From Opitutaceae bacterium (GTDB lineage Bacteria > Verrucomicrobiota > Verrucomicrobiia > Opitutales > Coraliomargaritaceae), in NCBI GenBank assembly GCA_051252375.1, contig JBPOFY010000001.1, forward strand, positions 160,001-224,000: a stretch of DNA of 64,000 bases, written 5' to 3'. Below the pieces are notes generated by a model. That model saw nothing but the letters and a program-made list of their open reading frames with translations. It was not told the DNA's origin and searched no databases. Made by a program: the position numbers and the translations under genes. Below, piece after piece: positions 20,351 through 30,061 of the stretch (positions within the stretch are counted from its first letter, which is position 1; each line of letters opens with the position of its first letter).

Positions 20351-21100
20351 TTAAGCCAAGTCCGTGGATGTCTGTTCGCTCCAACAACCAAGCACAGACG
20401 CCGTCGCCGAAACCGCAGCTACAACCGCCGTTTCTGCACGTAGAACATGCGGTCCAATATGCGCCAACTTCCAACCGTTCTTGCGAAAAACATCTCGCTC
20501 CGTCGGCGACCAACCGCGCTCTGAACCGAGCGCAATCAAGGCACTGCCTGCCGCCTGTGGTAAAATAGCACTCAGGGCGCCCTCTGCTTCATAATTGTCC
20601 AAGGCAATATTCACATCCGCGCCATAGAGCGCCGAAATAGCCGACTGCAAATCAGCATGCATCGCCACATCCGGCACATGCGTGCCAAAGGACTGCTCGG
20701 TGCCTAAGCGTAAACGATCACGCCACTCATCCGTCGACCACAGACTGCTCTGCGCATACGAAGGCTCGCTCCGCTCGGATTCAAAAAAGTGCAAAGCCTG
20801 CACGCCCATGCTGGCCGCATCGAAAAGAATACGCTTAGCCGTGTGCGGGCGCGGCAGACCAATCAACAAAGTAATCGGTAATGCCGCTGGCGAAGACTCC
20901 GTATTCACTACTTCCAAAACAACCGCACCATCATCGGACAGTTCAGTCACGGACACACGCGCACGCGGTCCGTTTTCAAAACCGACAAACACCAAAGTGC
21001 CAACGACAGCGCGCAACACCTTGCGGATGTGCTGCGCCCGAAGATCCGAACCTTCCAGTCGAATCGTCTCAAAAGGTTTTTCAAATAGAATGAGATTCAT
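20351..21100 (-). CDS. rsmE: 16S rRNA m3U1498 methyltransferase RsmE
   Basis: HIRKVLR, LGSERGWSPTE, GPHVLRAETA SPOUT motifs. Confidence 0.92.
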   Translation of the reverse strand: MNLILFEKPFETIRLEGSDLRAQHIRKVLRAVVGTLVFVGFENGPRARVSVTELSDDGAVVLEVVNTESSPAALPITLLIGLPRPHTAKRILFDAASMGVQALHFFESERSEPSYAQSSLWSTDEWRDRLRLGTEQSFGTHVPDVAMHADLQSAISALYGADVNIALDNYEAEGALSAILPQAAGSALIALGSERGWSPTERDVFRKNGWKLAHIGPHVLRAETAVVAAVSATASVLGCWSEQTSTDLA

Positions 21101-21114
21101 GACGCATGCCAAGT

Positions 21115-21149
21115 ATTCTGAACCCTGACTCCCGTATCCTAAATCCTGA
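21115..21149. repeat. Five degenerate heptamer units in the helicase-rsmE spacer
   Basis: attctga accctga ctcccgt atcctaa atcctga. Confidence 0.55.
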
Positions 21150-21150
21150 A

Positions 21151-22365
21151 TTAACGGCGGCGACCGAAGCGACTCGAAGCCGAATTACGCTTACGGCGAA
21201 CTGGCTTGGCTGCTTCACCGGTGCGGATCACTGGCTCGTAGAAATAGTTAAAGTTCTCAAGCTTACGCTGCGGAATCGTTTGATCGATAAATTTCTCAAT
21301 CGCATCGAGTTTCGCCTGCTCGTCTGGTGCGACGATCGTGGCGGCATCGCCCTCGCGCTGCGCGCGACCAGTCCGACCGATACGGTGAACATAGTCTTCC
21401 GCATGCTCAGGCACATCGTAATTAATGACGTGCGTCACATTCGCGATATCGAGACCACGCGACGCAATGTCTGTAGCAACGAGAATTTTGATTTCACCCT
21501 TCTTAAACTGGTCCAGCGCTTTCGTGCGCGCCTTCTGAGGAAGATTAGAGTGCATCGCCGCGCAACTGTAGTCACGCTCTTGCAACCAACGGGCGATACG
21601 GTCCGCGCCCACCTTCATGCGGCAGAAAATAATCATGCTGTCGATTTCCATCATCTCAATCAAAGCGATCAAGAGGTCGAACTTCTGCATCGCACCTACT
21701 GGATACACTTCGTGTTTCACAGTCTCCGCAGGAGTCAGCTTAATACCGATTGTGACTTCAGCCGGATTTTTCAGGCTCTTGGAAACAAGGCGTTTGATAT
21801 CTTCCGAAACGGTTGCCGAGAAAAGCAATGTCTGACGGTTTGCACCACATAACTTAATAATACGTTGCACATCGTCGATGAAGCCCATGTCGAGCATGCG
21901 GTCGACTTCATCCAGCACCAGCACCTCAATCGAGCGCAGGTCAAAATTCTTCTGTTGCAAGTGATCGAGCAAACGACCCGGTGTCGCAATCACGACATCG
22001 GCTCCCTCTTTAATCTCATCAATCTGCTTACCGTAGCCTACACCACCGTGAATGAGGCAGCACTTCGGCGCACAATATTTGCCGTAAGAGGCAAACTGAT
22101 CTTCCACTTGAGCCGCTAGCTCGCGAGTCGGTCCCAAAATAAGGCAACGCGGCGCGGCGCCCTCTTTATGCCCGCCCAAACGGTGTAGAATCGGTAGCGC
22201 GTAGGCCGCCGTTTTCCCCGTGCCGGTTTGAGCTGAGCCAATGACATCGCGGCCATCGAGGATAAGTGGGATCGCTCCCGCTTGAATAGGTGTCGGTGTG
22301 GTAAAACCGAATTCGTCAATAGACTTAAGGATAGACTCATCGAGTCCAAATTCGTGAAACGTCAT
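21151..22365 (-). CDS. DEAD-box RNA helicase (RhlE-like)
   Basis: Q motif PTPIQ, AQTGTGKT, PTRELA, DEVD, SAT, HRIGRTGRA; start moved to ATG 22365. Confidence 0.95.
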   Translation of the reverse strand: MTFHEFGLDESILKSIDEFGFTTPTPIQAGAIPLILDGRDVIGSAQTGTGKTAAYALPILHRLGGHKEGAAPRCLILGPTRELAAQVEDQFASYGKYCAPKCCLIHGGVGYGKQIDEIKEGADVVIATPGRLLDHLQQKNFDLRSIEVLVLDEVDRMLDMGFIDDVQRIIKLCGANRQTLLFSATVSEDIKRLVSKSLKNPAEVTIGIKLTPAETVKHEVYPVGAMQKFDLLIALIEMMEIDSMIIFCRMKVGADRIARWLQERDYSCAAMHSNLPQKARTKALDQFKKGEIKILVATDIASRGLDIANVTHVINYDVPEHAEDYVHRIGRTGRAQREGDAATIVAPDEQAKLDAIEKFIDQTIPQRKLENFNYFYEPVIRTGEAAKPVRRKRNSASSRFGRRR

Positions 22366-22609
22366 AATTAGCTGTGGGTGAAAAGCCCGGCCAACTTTCG
22401 CATCCGGGTCCAATAAGTTGCAATCAGCCATGGCGGCGATCGCGAGAAATGCAGCAGAGTGGATTTATTTACCTGAGAATCAAGGAGAAAGAAGTTGCGG
22501 ACAAATTGCCAGCGATCGCCGAAACCGTCGCATTAACTATACAATGAATAGTTTACAAAGCTCGCTTAAAACCCCAGCCTACCGTCTCTTTAAATTTATG
22601 ATACTACAG

Positions 22610-24064
22610 ATGCGTTATTTCCAATCAATCCTCCTAAGTTTCGCGGCGATAGCGGCTCCATTATTTACACATGCAGCATCCCTAGAAGACGCCTCAAAAT
22701 ATCTCGACCATGATGGCTCACTAGTTGCCTTCATGGACTTCGAGGGCGACGGCAAAGAAATTGGCGACGCGCTCAATTTGATCTATCAGGAGGTGGTTGC
22801 CAACTCCCCACAGATGCCACCGATCCCTTTGGATTTCAATCAACTGATCGAGAACTTAGGTTATGGCTCATTAAGTTCGTTCGCAGTCAGTTCTAAGGAA
22901 GTGGAGCCCGGACTACACAGAAACCGATCAGTTGCACTTCTGAAGGGAGAACTCAGTGGTCTATTAAAAATGTATGGCACCAAGGCGCACACTTTTACTG
23001 CTGCAGAGCAAGCACCCGCAGATGCGAGTGGTGCGATAACCGCAACCATGGATCTAAATGTTATTCGAGATACGATCATCAGCATCATGCAGCAAGTAAT
23101 GGGACCAATGGGTGAAGGTCTTGCGCAACAACAACTCGAACAACCAATCCCTGGGACTGACATCAAAGTGAATGAAGTCATCGAAGCGCTCTCAGGTAAA
23201 TGGGACGCGTTTTGGCTACAGAGCTATGGTGAAGACTTTCAACAAACCTTTAAATTCTGGATCAGTATAGAACAGGGCGGCGTATTATTTACCCGACTAC
23301 AGCCATTAGCAGAAAGTCTCCCAATCACCATCTCAGAAAACGAGACCTCGCGCAAAGCGGATCTCAGCCTCCTCATTGGTGAAGATGCTCCGTTTGGCTT
23401 ATTCATCAAAGCAATAAAAGAGAGCGGGGACTTAATCATCTATTCACATGAAGATTGGAACGCACATAGTGAAGGTCCAAGGCTCATCGAGAAAGCTGAA
23501 TTCATGTCATTAGCAAAGCGCCTCCCTTCAGAAGGCTTGGCCTTTAGCTACAGCGTAGGTGCAGATATAAAGCCAATATTCGCGGCCTTGGATGCCTTAC
23601 CCGAAGTCGCGCAATACTCCAAAGCGATTCAATCCACAGTCAACCTGCTGTTCGGTGACTACATGAAGCCAAACATCGCAGTGACAACACTACACAAGGA
23701 CGCGATCGTAACCGAGCAATATGCGGGCTACTCCACCAAGCAAATCGTCTTAGCCCTCCCAGTCATGGTCGGGGGTGGCTTAACCGCGGCCATGGCGATT
23801 CCCGCATTCCAAAAAGTGCGTGCTTCCTCTCAAGAAAAAGCGGTCACCAATAATTTACGCCAAATCGCCTCTGCAGCCGACCAATATTTCCTAGAAGAAG
23901 GGAAAACTTCTGTAACCATCGAAGAGCTAGTCGGTCCGGATAAATACATTCGGGAGCTAATCCCCGTCGCAGGGGAAAGCTACGAAGGCATGATCATCAC
24001 AATGGAAATGGATGAAATCAGCGTGACCCTAGAAAGCGGACAAGTCGTCTCGCTTCCATTCTAA
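22610..24064 (+). CDS. Exported protein with a C-terminal type IV pilin-like domain
   Basis: Signal peptide MRYFQSILLSFAAIAAPLFTHA; C-terminus GLTAAMAIPAFQKVRASSQEKAVTNNLRQIASAADQYFLE matches the pilin alpha1 helix pattern. Confidence 0.7.
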   Translation: MRYFQSILLSFAAIAAPLFTHAASLEDASKYLDHDGSLVAFMDFEGDGKEIGDALNLIYQEVVANSPQMPPIPLDFNQLIENLGYGSLSSFAVSSKEVEPGLHRNRSVALLKGELSGLLKMYGTKAHTFTAAEQAPADASGAITATMDLNVIRDTIISIMQQVMGPMGEGLAQQQLEQPIPGTDIKVNEVIEALSGKWDAFWLQSYGEDFQQTFKFWISIEQGGVLFTRLQPLAESLPITISENETSRKADLSLLIGEDAPFGLFIKAIKESGDLIIYSHEDWNAHSEGPRLIEKAEFMSLAKRLPSEGLAFSYSVGADIKPIFAALDALPEVAQYSKAIQSTVNLLFGDYMKPNIAVTTLHKDAIVTEQYAGYSTKQIVLALPVMVGGGLTAAMAIPAFQKVRASSQEKAVTNNLRQIASAADQYFLEEGKTSVTIEELVGPDKYIRELIPVAGESYEGMIITMEMDEISVTLESGQVVSLPF

Positions 24065-24080
24065 AGTAGACGGTTACTTC

Positions 24081-24119
24081 CAAGCCGAGGTGATGTCCCC
24101 ATGACGTCGCCTTGGTTTG
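24081..24119 (+). terminator. 17-bp RNA hairpin between convergent genes
   Basis: caagccgaggtgatgtc-cccat-gacgtcgccttggtttg; four G-U pairs form only on the + strand; no clear U-tract. Confidence 0.55.
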
Positions 24120-24125
24120 AATCAA

Positions 24126-26213
24126 TCAAAACGGAAAACCGATCGAAAAATGCAACGCCCCAGCCGAATCCTCAGGACGAGGATTCAAATTATACCCATA
24201 TTCCAAACGGATTGGGCCGACGACGCTTTGATACCTCAACCCAAGGCCAATCGAGCTTAAGTAATCAACATTTCCATTGAAGTCACCATCTCTGGAATTC
24301 CCCACGACATCGTAGAATCCAACAATGGAAAAGTCTGCGAAAACACGTTGCTCTATTTCAAGGTTTAGCAGAGCAAAAGACTCTGCGCCAATTTGTTCCC
24401 CCTGGCTATCTAACGGTGAAGCCTCGCCCTCCAAATAACCACGAACAGAGTTCTCGCCACCATTGAAGAAGCGCTCAGTGAATGGGATATTATTCCGTGC
24501 ATCGCCATTAGCAAATATCGTCCCCGCTCGAATGCCTAAATGTAAAATGGTCGAGTCAAACAATGCGCGATGGTAACTGCCCCCCAACTCCAACTTTTGA
24601 AAACCCACGGATCCTCCAAGAAACTGACTAGCAATCGCAAATTCTGTATAGATCGTATAACCGGATGTCGGGGCTAGAAAATGATCTCTTCGATCTAAGT
24701 TCAGCTTCGCGGAAAAACTTCCGATTGTAGCGCTATCTTCAGATGAAAAATCAGAACTTGCGGAACGATCCGCATCTTCTCGGGCATACCGATACTCAAG
24801 CGACAGCTGAATATCAGAGCCCGTAAAACGTTTCGATGTTCCGATTGCTATACTTTGCTCAGAACGATCGAAGGAAACTTCCTCCCTAGAATTATACTCC
24901 GCCGTGGTGTAGCCTTTGAGCTCACTGCCAAATAGCTGTGGCACTGAATAAGTTGCCTCTGTATTGGTTGAACGAAAGCTCTTTTTCGCACTCAACTCAT
25001 AACGATGCGCGAGGCCGAAAAGATTTTTTTGCGACCAATTAAGCCCGACCCTAGCCAGTTCGTAACTCCCCCAACCCGCTAGCAGATCAAGCTCTTGCCA
25101 AGGCGCAGGGGTCAATTCGTAAACGAGCTTACGCTCGGCACCCGACTCGGGCTCATAGCTCATGGAAATATCCCGATGAATGCCTAAGCCCATCAATCGG
25201 CGGCGAGATTCACTCGCTAAAAGAGGATTCAGGGGGTCGCCGGGCGACAATTCTATTAGACGCTCCAAGACCTTTGGACTGGTGGAACTATCTCCCCGAA
25301 ATTCCACGCCCGTATAGGTCACCGCAGATTTAATGTTTAACTTAAAGTGGACATCCAAAACAAGCGCACCGTTTCCATCTTTACCTCGCTCACTCACTGT
25401 TCGTGCAATCTCCATATTGGCATAGCCTTCTTGGTAAGCAGCATTTCTGATGATCTGGCGCTGCTCCAACTCCCATTCGCTCGTAAACAAAGCATCCGAT
25501 TCTTCAGTCGTCGTTCTCTCGACCTTTCCAGAGCCGTCCACCCACTCCACGGTCACGACACCAACGCGATGCAAGACTCCGGAGTCAATCGACACCATAG
25601 CAGCGACTGCACCGGTCTCGTCATCCAGTGTAATATCTTTAGAGATCAAGCTCGCTTGCCGATACCCCATTTCTCTTAAAGTGGCTAACAATCGGCTAAT
25701 ACGCCGATCAAAGTTGCTTTCCGTAAAGACCCGTGAAGTCCTCGTGAGAATCAACGCTCCGTCGGGGATAAAGAAGCGCTTGATACTGCGCTCATCCAAT
25801 GCAGATACCCCAGTTACGGTGATAGAATCGTAGTAATATAATTTACCTGGCCGTAGATTAAACACTGCATGATCCGCGTGATAGTCTGCAGTCAATTGAA
25901 TGGAATAATTCTGCTCCCAGACGAACGCATCCTCCACGCCGCCGACTTGAAAGGTGCCGGATAGGCTAGGCTTTAAATAACCTTGGCGTTTCATTTGTTG
26001 CAGCAAAAGGAAAGCACTATCTTCCAAGAAAGCCGCATCGAGCACCGCGTCCTCTTTACTCGACACTCCTTGCAAGAAAGCCAAACGGGTCTCGTAAGAC
26101 CTTTCTTTGAAAAACCCGAGACCTTCAATATCAACGTTCTGCTGGGCGCTCAAAGTAAGCACAGGCACGATCATGGAAATAGCCACAAAGCCTATAAGGA
26201 ATCGAACGTTCAT
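24126..26213 (-). CDS. tamA: TamA/BamA (Omp85) family outer-membrane protein
   Basis: POTRA-like region, ERFFNGGENSVRGY, GLGLRY..VGPIRLEYG, C-terminal FSIGFPF. Confidence 0.85.
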   Translation of the reverse strand: MNVRFLIGFVAISMIVPVLTLSAQQNVDIEGLGFFKERSYETRLAFLQGVSSKEDAVLDAAFLEDSAFLLLQQMKRQGYLKPSLSGTFQVGGVEDAFVWEQNYSIQLTADYHADHAVFNLRPGKLYYYDSITVTGVSALDERSIKRFFIPDGALILTRTSRVFTESNFDRRISRLLATLREMGYRQASLISKDITLDDETGAVAAMVSIDSGVLHRVGVVTVEWVDGSGKVERTTTEESDALFTSEWELEQRQIIRNAAYQEGYANMEIARTVSERGKDGNGALVLDVHFKLNIKSAVTYTGVEFRGDSSTSPKVLERLIELSPGDPLNPLLASESRRRLMGLGIHRDISMSYEPESGAERKLVYELTPAPWQELDLLAGWGSYELARVGLNWSQKNLFGLAHRYELSAKKSFRSTNTEATYSVPQLFGSELKGYTTAEYNSREEVSFDRSEQSIAIGTSKRFTGSDIQLSLEYRYAREDADRSASSDFSSEDSATIGSFSAKLNLDRRDHFLAPTSGYTIYTEFAIASQFLGGSVGFQKLELGGSYHRALFDSTILHLGIRAGTIFANGDARNNIPFTERFFNGGENSVRGYLEGEASPLDSQGEQIGAESFALLNLEIEQRVFADFSIVGFYDVVGNSRDGDFNGNVDYLSSIGLGLRYQSVVGPIRLEYGYNLNPRPEDSAGALHFSIGFPF

Positions 26214-29200
26214 CGCCTAAAAAGATTCCAAAGCAAATTCATATTATAAGCGTCATACTCATCGTATTCACCCTTCAAACCCCAATCATCGCTAATATCA
26301 AACTCAGCCCCCACTGTCCGCCTACCAGACCGGCTCCTTTTATCCCCCAGTTCGATCGTCACACGATCCAAAACAGTTTCATTCATCCCACCAGCTCCCA
26401 ATAAACCTCTTCCCAAATAAAGACCCACGGCACCGACCCCGCCTCCCGTTGTCGAACCAGTCGTCAATAGCCTTAAGATTGATGCATTGGATAATTCCGG
26501 AGTAGAAGAGAACTGAACAAACGGCTCATCTAAAGTATTCGTCACCTCCATAGTGATGGTGTAGGCAGGCGATTGCGCGATACCTGAAAAAACCAACTGC
26601 ACTTCATTCAAACGCGCAGGGTCAATAAACACCTCACCTTTATCGATGGACATCTTTGCTCCCGGAAAGGTTAACTCACCATCAACCGTTCGAACCAAAC
26701 CTGAGAGCTCAGGATATTGAAAACTGCCTCCTAAATATAAGTCCGCGGATAGAAGCGTTTTAGAGTAAGGGCTTTTCACCCTCATGAAACTCTCACCGAA
26801 AACAGTAACGTCAAAAAGCCACTCCTTGAATGGGTCCTGCTCAATCGAAAAATATGGCGGTCGAGCCTTTGGACCCGATGCGATACCTGAGCCCAACGGG
26901 TCAAACTCCAGCAATAATGTGCTCGACCTAAGATCGAGTCGCCCACGGACGACCGGAAGATCTACCTCGGTCAAATGCTTCGCTTCTAAATCGACATCAC
27001 TACGAAGTAACATGTCTGTTGTGCGTAACAGCGGAACATTCTTTCCCGCGACCTTCAAATCCCAAAGAGGCGCCTGCATATTCGCTAGATCAACCCATCC
27101 TGATACGTTTACCTGACTCCCGCCAACGTGAGCGGTTGCTGTGCTTAAATCTAAACGTTTATTGGCCAGTTGTAATTTACCGGAAATTCGATCAATCGAA
27201 GAAAAATTTTCAGTCGGTCGAAACGCAAAATCGTCAAACTCCAGAACGCCACTCAGCGCGATATCAGGCTCCAAAGTTAATACGCCACTCAAGGCCCCAC
27301 TTCGCCGAAAGAAATCGGGCATCAAATGTATCCATTGCTCCAATTGCCAATTATCTAACCTCAACTCCCCAGAGATAGATTTCGCTAGAGAGATCGGCTC
27401 ACGATCCTCAACATACAACCATTCAATAAGAGATGACACGGGAAGCTGCATCTGTCCGAACAATTCACTTTGGTTTACGGATAAACGAAAATCTGAAACG
27501 TCGACACTCTCGGAATCAAGAGTGGCAACCACTCGAAGGGTATCCACTACAGGGAGCTTATGAACGGACACAATCTGGCTGCCCAACTCTAAGCCTTTAA
27601 GGGAAAGCTGGAGTTCGCCTACAGGATCATCCAAATCACCAGAAAGCTTAAACTGCAACGATCCCTCCCCAATATGTAATGCAGTGTTTTCTGCCACGAA
27701 ATCAGCAAGGACAGGAATCAAAGAGGCACTCATTTCACCAGCAAGTTTCCCATGCTCCAGAAGCTCCCAACTCAGCCCTGACTTCTCGGAATATCCAAAG
27801 CGCACGGGTAACACAAAAGCCCCTTGAATGGCGTAGGCATCATCAATCTTTAATTGCAGCGCCTCAATTTCTACTCCGGTCGGATCAAGCCTTGCCCGTA
27901 AATTGCAGAATGAATCAATCTCCCCCGGCAGACGCAGCGCCGCACTTGCAAAAACCTCCCCAGAGATAAAAGGCTCAAATACATCGACCTTAAACACTAG
28001 CGACTCCACCTCATAAGCAGGCAAATCCTCGCTCAACCATCTGTTAAATCGAGCAAAAGACACATTGTTCATTGATAGCGCCAGACCGACTCCCGGACCG
28101 TATATGGTCTCCAGAGACTGCCCTCCCCCCTTAAGTTGAACACGTGAAACAGAAACGCGATCCAACCATTTCTCCGGCTCGAGATTTAATACAACCGAAA
28201 CAGGCTCAAACATGACTAGCTCTGGGAACGACTTATCGGCTAAGGCTAAATGCTGCAAATCAACATTTACGACACCTTCATGATATCGACAACTAAGACC
28301 AGCAGATAGACTGGCTCCTTCACACCCGACAATCCCATCCCAGTAAAACGTATCGAATTTTTCGATACGTCCTGATCCGCTCACGGAAACAGGATTCATG
28401 CGAGGCAATACCAACTCGGCAGACGCCAGATCATATGTAACGACAGGGCTCACCCAAGCCCCCGAGACACGACCTTTCAGCTTAACAGCACTACCAAATA
28501 TTGAATTCTCAGTGATCTCGTTGAGGTGCTGACTCCCGAGATCGAGTTCGTAATTCAAATCAAGCTCTCGAGTGAACAGATCGACTACACCCTTAAGTTC
28601 TACCTCACTCTGGCTATCGCCATTGCTAGAGGATGAAAGAACCTGCAACGAATCAAAAGCCACTGTATTATCAGAATAACGCCCGTTCGCCTTAATCGAA
28701 TCAAGTGAATGACCAGAGTAACGAAACGAATGTCCCTCCAACTCGAAGCGTAGATTAGGTATATCGGAATCTGTTTTTGCTGAGACCGAAACCTTTAAGT
28801 CAAATACACCCTCCGCATCAACAAATGACTGCTTCGCGAGATCGATCGACAAATCAAACATCGCGCCATCAACCTGTGAGGCGAGGCTCAAACCATCTTG
28901 AAACTTCAGAGAGACCGACTCACGCAAGGTAGCATCTCCGAAAGGGGCATTCAGCAAGAACGACTGAACTGTTAAGTGCTCCATGTCCCCAGAAAATTGC
29001 AACTTCGCATTGATAGGACTGGTGATCGCTTCGCCAACAGTGACGATCGCCTCAACCTCTGCCGCTCCTCGAAATTGGTCCTGGCTCCAGTCGAATTGGA
29101 AATGATTCAATTTAATTGAATCGAACTGATCACCCAGCAAAGCAGGTGCGATCGTTTCCTCGACGGTAAATCCCTTTGTCAAAAGCGAGAATGTTTTTGG

Positions 29201-29938
29201 TAAAATCTCACCCTCTTCAAGCTCTAAGCTGCACTCGATCTGCTCCGATTGCCGACGAGCGATGCCAGATAAAAAATATCCAGCGCTCGATTCCCGCAGT
29301 GTCAGATTAAAACTCACCTCGGACTGCGCTTGCGCAGCAGAAAAAAACCACTCCTCACCTTCCGGAAATTCTACCGCGAGAGTTATAGCTTCGGTTAACC
29401 AGTCGGACTTAAGCTGTGTCGTAATACGACCAGAACCATATTGGAGTGCCTCAAAATCTAAGACATGCTCTCCGGATGTCACTCGCAAGGTATTGACTGA
29501 AATCTGCGGCAACCAGTCGGCATACTGATCCTTCGCATCTCTGAGCTCACGAATAATTGCAACTGGATCATTCCTATCGCGACTAACATCCAATTCTGCC
29601 GCTGAGTCCGTCTTCATAGCGACCTCCACATTACTGGCGTTAACGGATGATAAGCCCTCCCCATTTTTGTCCATGAAACGAAATGACAAATACTGGTAGA
29701 GATTGGGTATTTCAATTTGGTCTGCATCCAGCTTGATGGAATCAGCACGAAAAGAAATCTCCCTTAAGACGATCCGACCACCATTGACCCGCTCTATTGA
29801 GCCGACCTCCACATCTTGAGTGCCCAGTGCAAATGGCAACACCCAAGGAAGCCAAACCTGACTCAAGGCTAAGAGTAAAATCACCCCTCCAAAAAATAGG
29901 CAAAAGCCTACAATGGAGCGACGTATGGTCATTCGCAT
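26210..29938 (-). CDS. tamB: Translocation and assembly module TamB
   Basis: N-terminal TM, long beta-rich body, C-terminal DUF490-like FSSTPELSNASILRLLTTG; ATGA overlap with tamA; start codon uncertain (29938 or 29932). Confidence 0.8.
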   Translation of the reverse strand: MRMTIRRSIVGFCLFFGGVILLLALSQVWLPWVLPFALGTQDVEVGSIERVNGGRIVLREISFRADSIKLDADQIEIPNLYQYLSFRFMDKNGEGLSSVNASNVEVAMKTDSAAELDVSRDRNDPVAIIRELRDAKDQYADWLPQISVNTLRVTSGEHVLDFEALQYGSGRITTQLKSDWLTEAITLAVEFPEGEEWFFSAAQAQSEVSFNLTLRESSAGYFLSGIARRQSEQIECSLELEEGEILPKTFSLLTKGFTVEETIAPALLGDQFDSIKLNHFQFDWSQDQFRGAAEVEAIVTVGEAITSPINAKLQFSGDMEHLTVQSFLLNAPFGDATLRESVSLKFQDGLSLASQVDGAMFDLSIDLAKQSFVDAEGVFDLKVSVSAKTDSDIPNLRFELEGHSFRYSGHSLDSIKANGRYSDNTVAFDSLQVLSSSSNGDSQSEVELKGVVDLFTRELDLNYELDLGSQHLNEITENSIFGSAVKLKGRVSGAWVSPVVTYDLASAELVLPRMNPVSVSGSGRIEKFDTFYWDGIVGCEGASLSAGLSCRYHEGVVNVDLQHLALADKSFPELVMFEPVSVVLNLEPEKWLDRVSVSRVQLKGGGQSLETIYGPGVGLALSMNNVSFARFNRWLSEDLPAYEVESLVFKVDVFEPFISGEVFASAALRLPGEIDSFCNLRARLDPTGVEIEALQLKIDDAYAIQGAFVLPVRFGYSEKSGLSWELLEHGKLAGEMSASLIPVLADFVAENTALHIGEGSLQFKLSGDLDDPVGELQLSLKGLELGSQIVSVHKLPVVDTLRVVATLDSESVDVSDFRLSVNQSELFGQMQLPVSSLIEWLYVEDREPISLAKSISGELRLDNWQLEQWIHLMPDFFRRSGALSGVLTLEPDIALSGVLEFDDFAFRPTENFSSIDRISGKLQLANKRLDLSTATAHVGGSQVNVSGWVDLANMQAPLWDLKVAGKNVPLLRTTDMLLRSDVDLEAKHLTEVDLPVVRGRLDLRSSTLLLEFDPLGSGIASGPKARPPYFSIEQDPFKEWLFDVTVFGESFMRVKSPYSKTLLSADLYLGGSFQYPELSGLVRTVDGELTFPGAKMSIDKGEVFIDPARLNEVQLVFSGIAQSPAYTITMEVTNTLDEPFVQFSSTPELSNASILRLLTTGSTTGGGVGAVGLYLGRGLLGAGGMNETVLDRVTIELGDKRSRSGRRTVGAEFDISDDWGLKGEYDEYDAYNMNLLWNLFRR

Positions 29939-30061
29939 TCTCAAAATAATATCGACGTTGCCGTCTTACGACCAGTCTTCATGACGATTTGATCCATACT
30001 CAATGCGAAAGTTACAAAGTCCGGCTTGATAAAAGAGCTCTAGAACGCTTCAATACCAAAC

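Noticed and set aside
20304..20513. N-terminal extension of the LysM ORF with a Cys-rich stretch
   Set aside because: It overlaps rsmE in another frame; the lipoprotein signal starts at 20303, so the extension is spurious.
21106..21852. 248-aa + strand ORF
   Set aside because: It lies antisense to the well-conserved DEAD-box helicase; a typical shadow ORF with no recognisable motifs.
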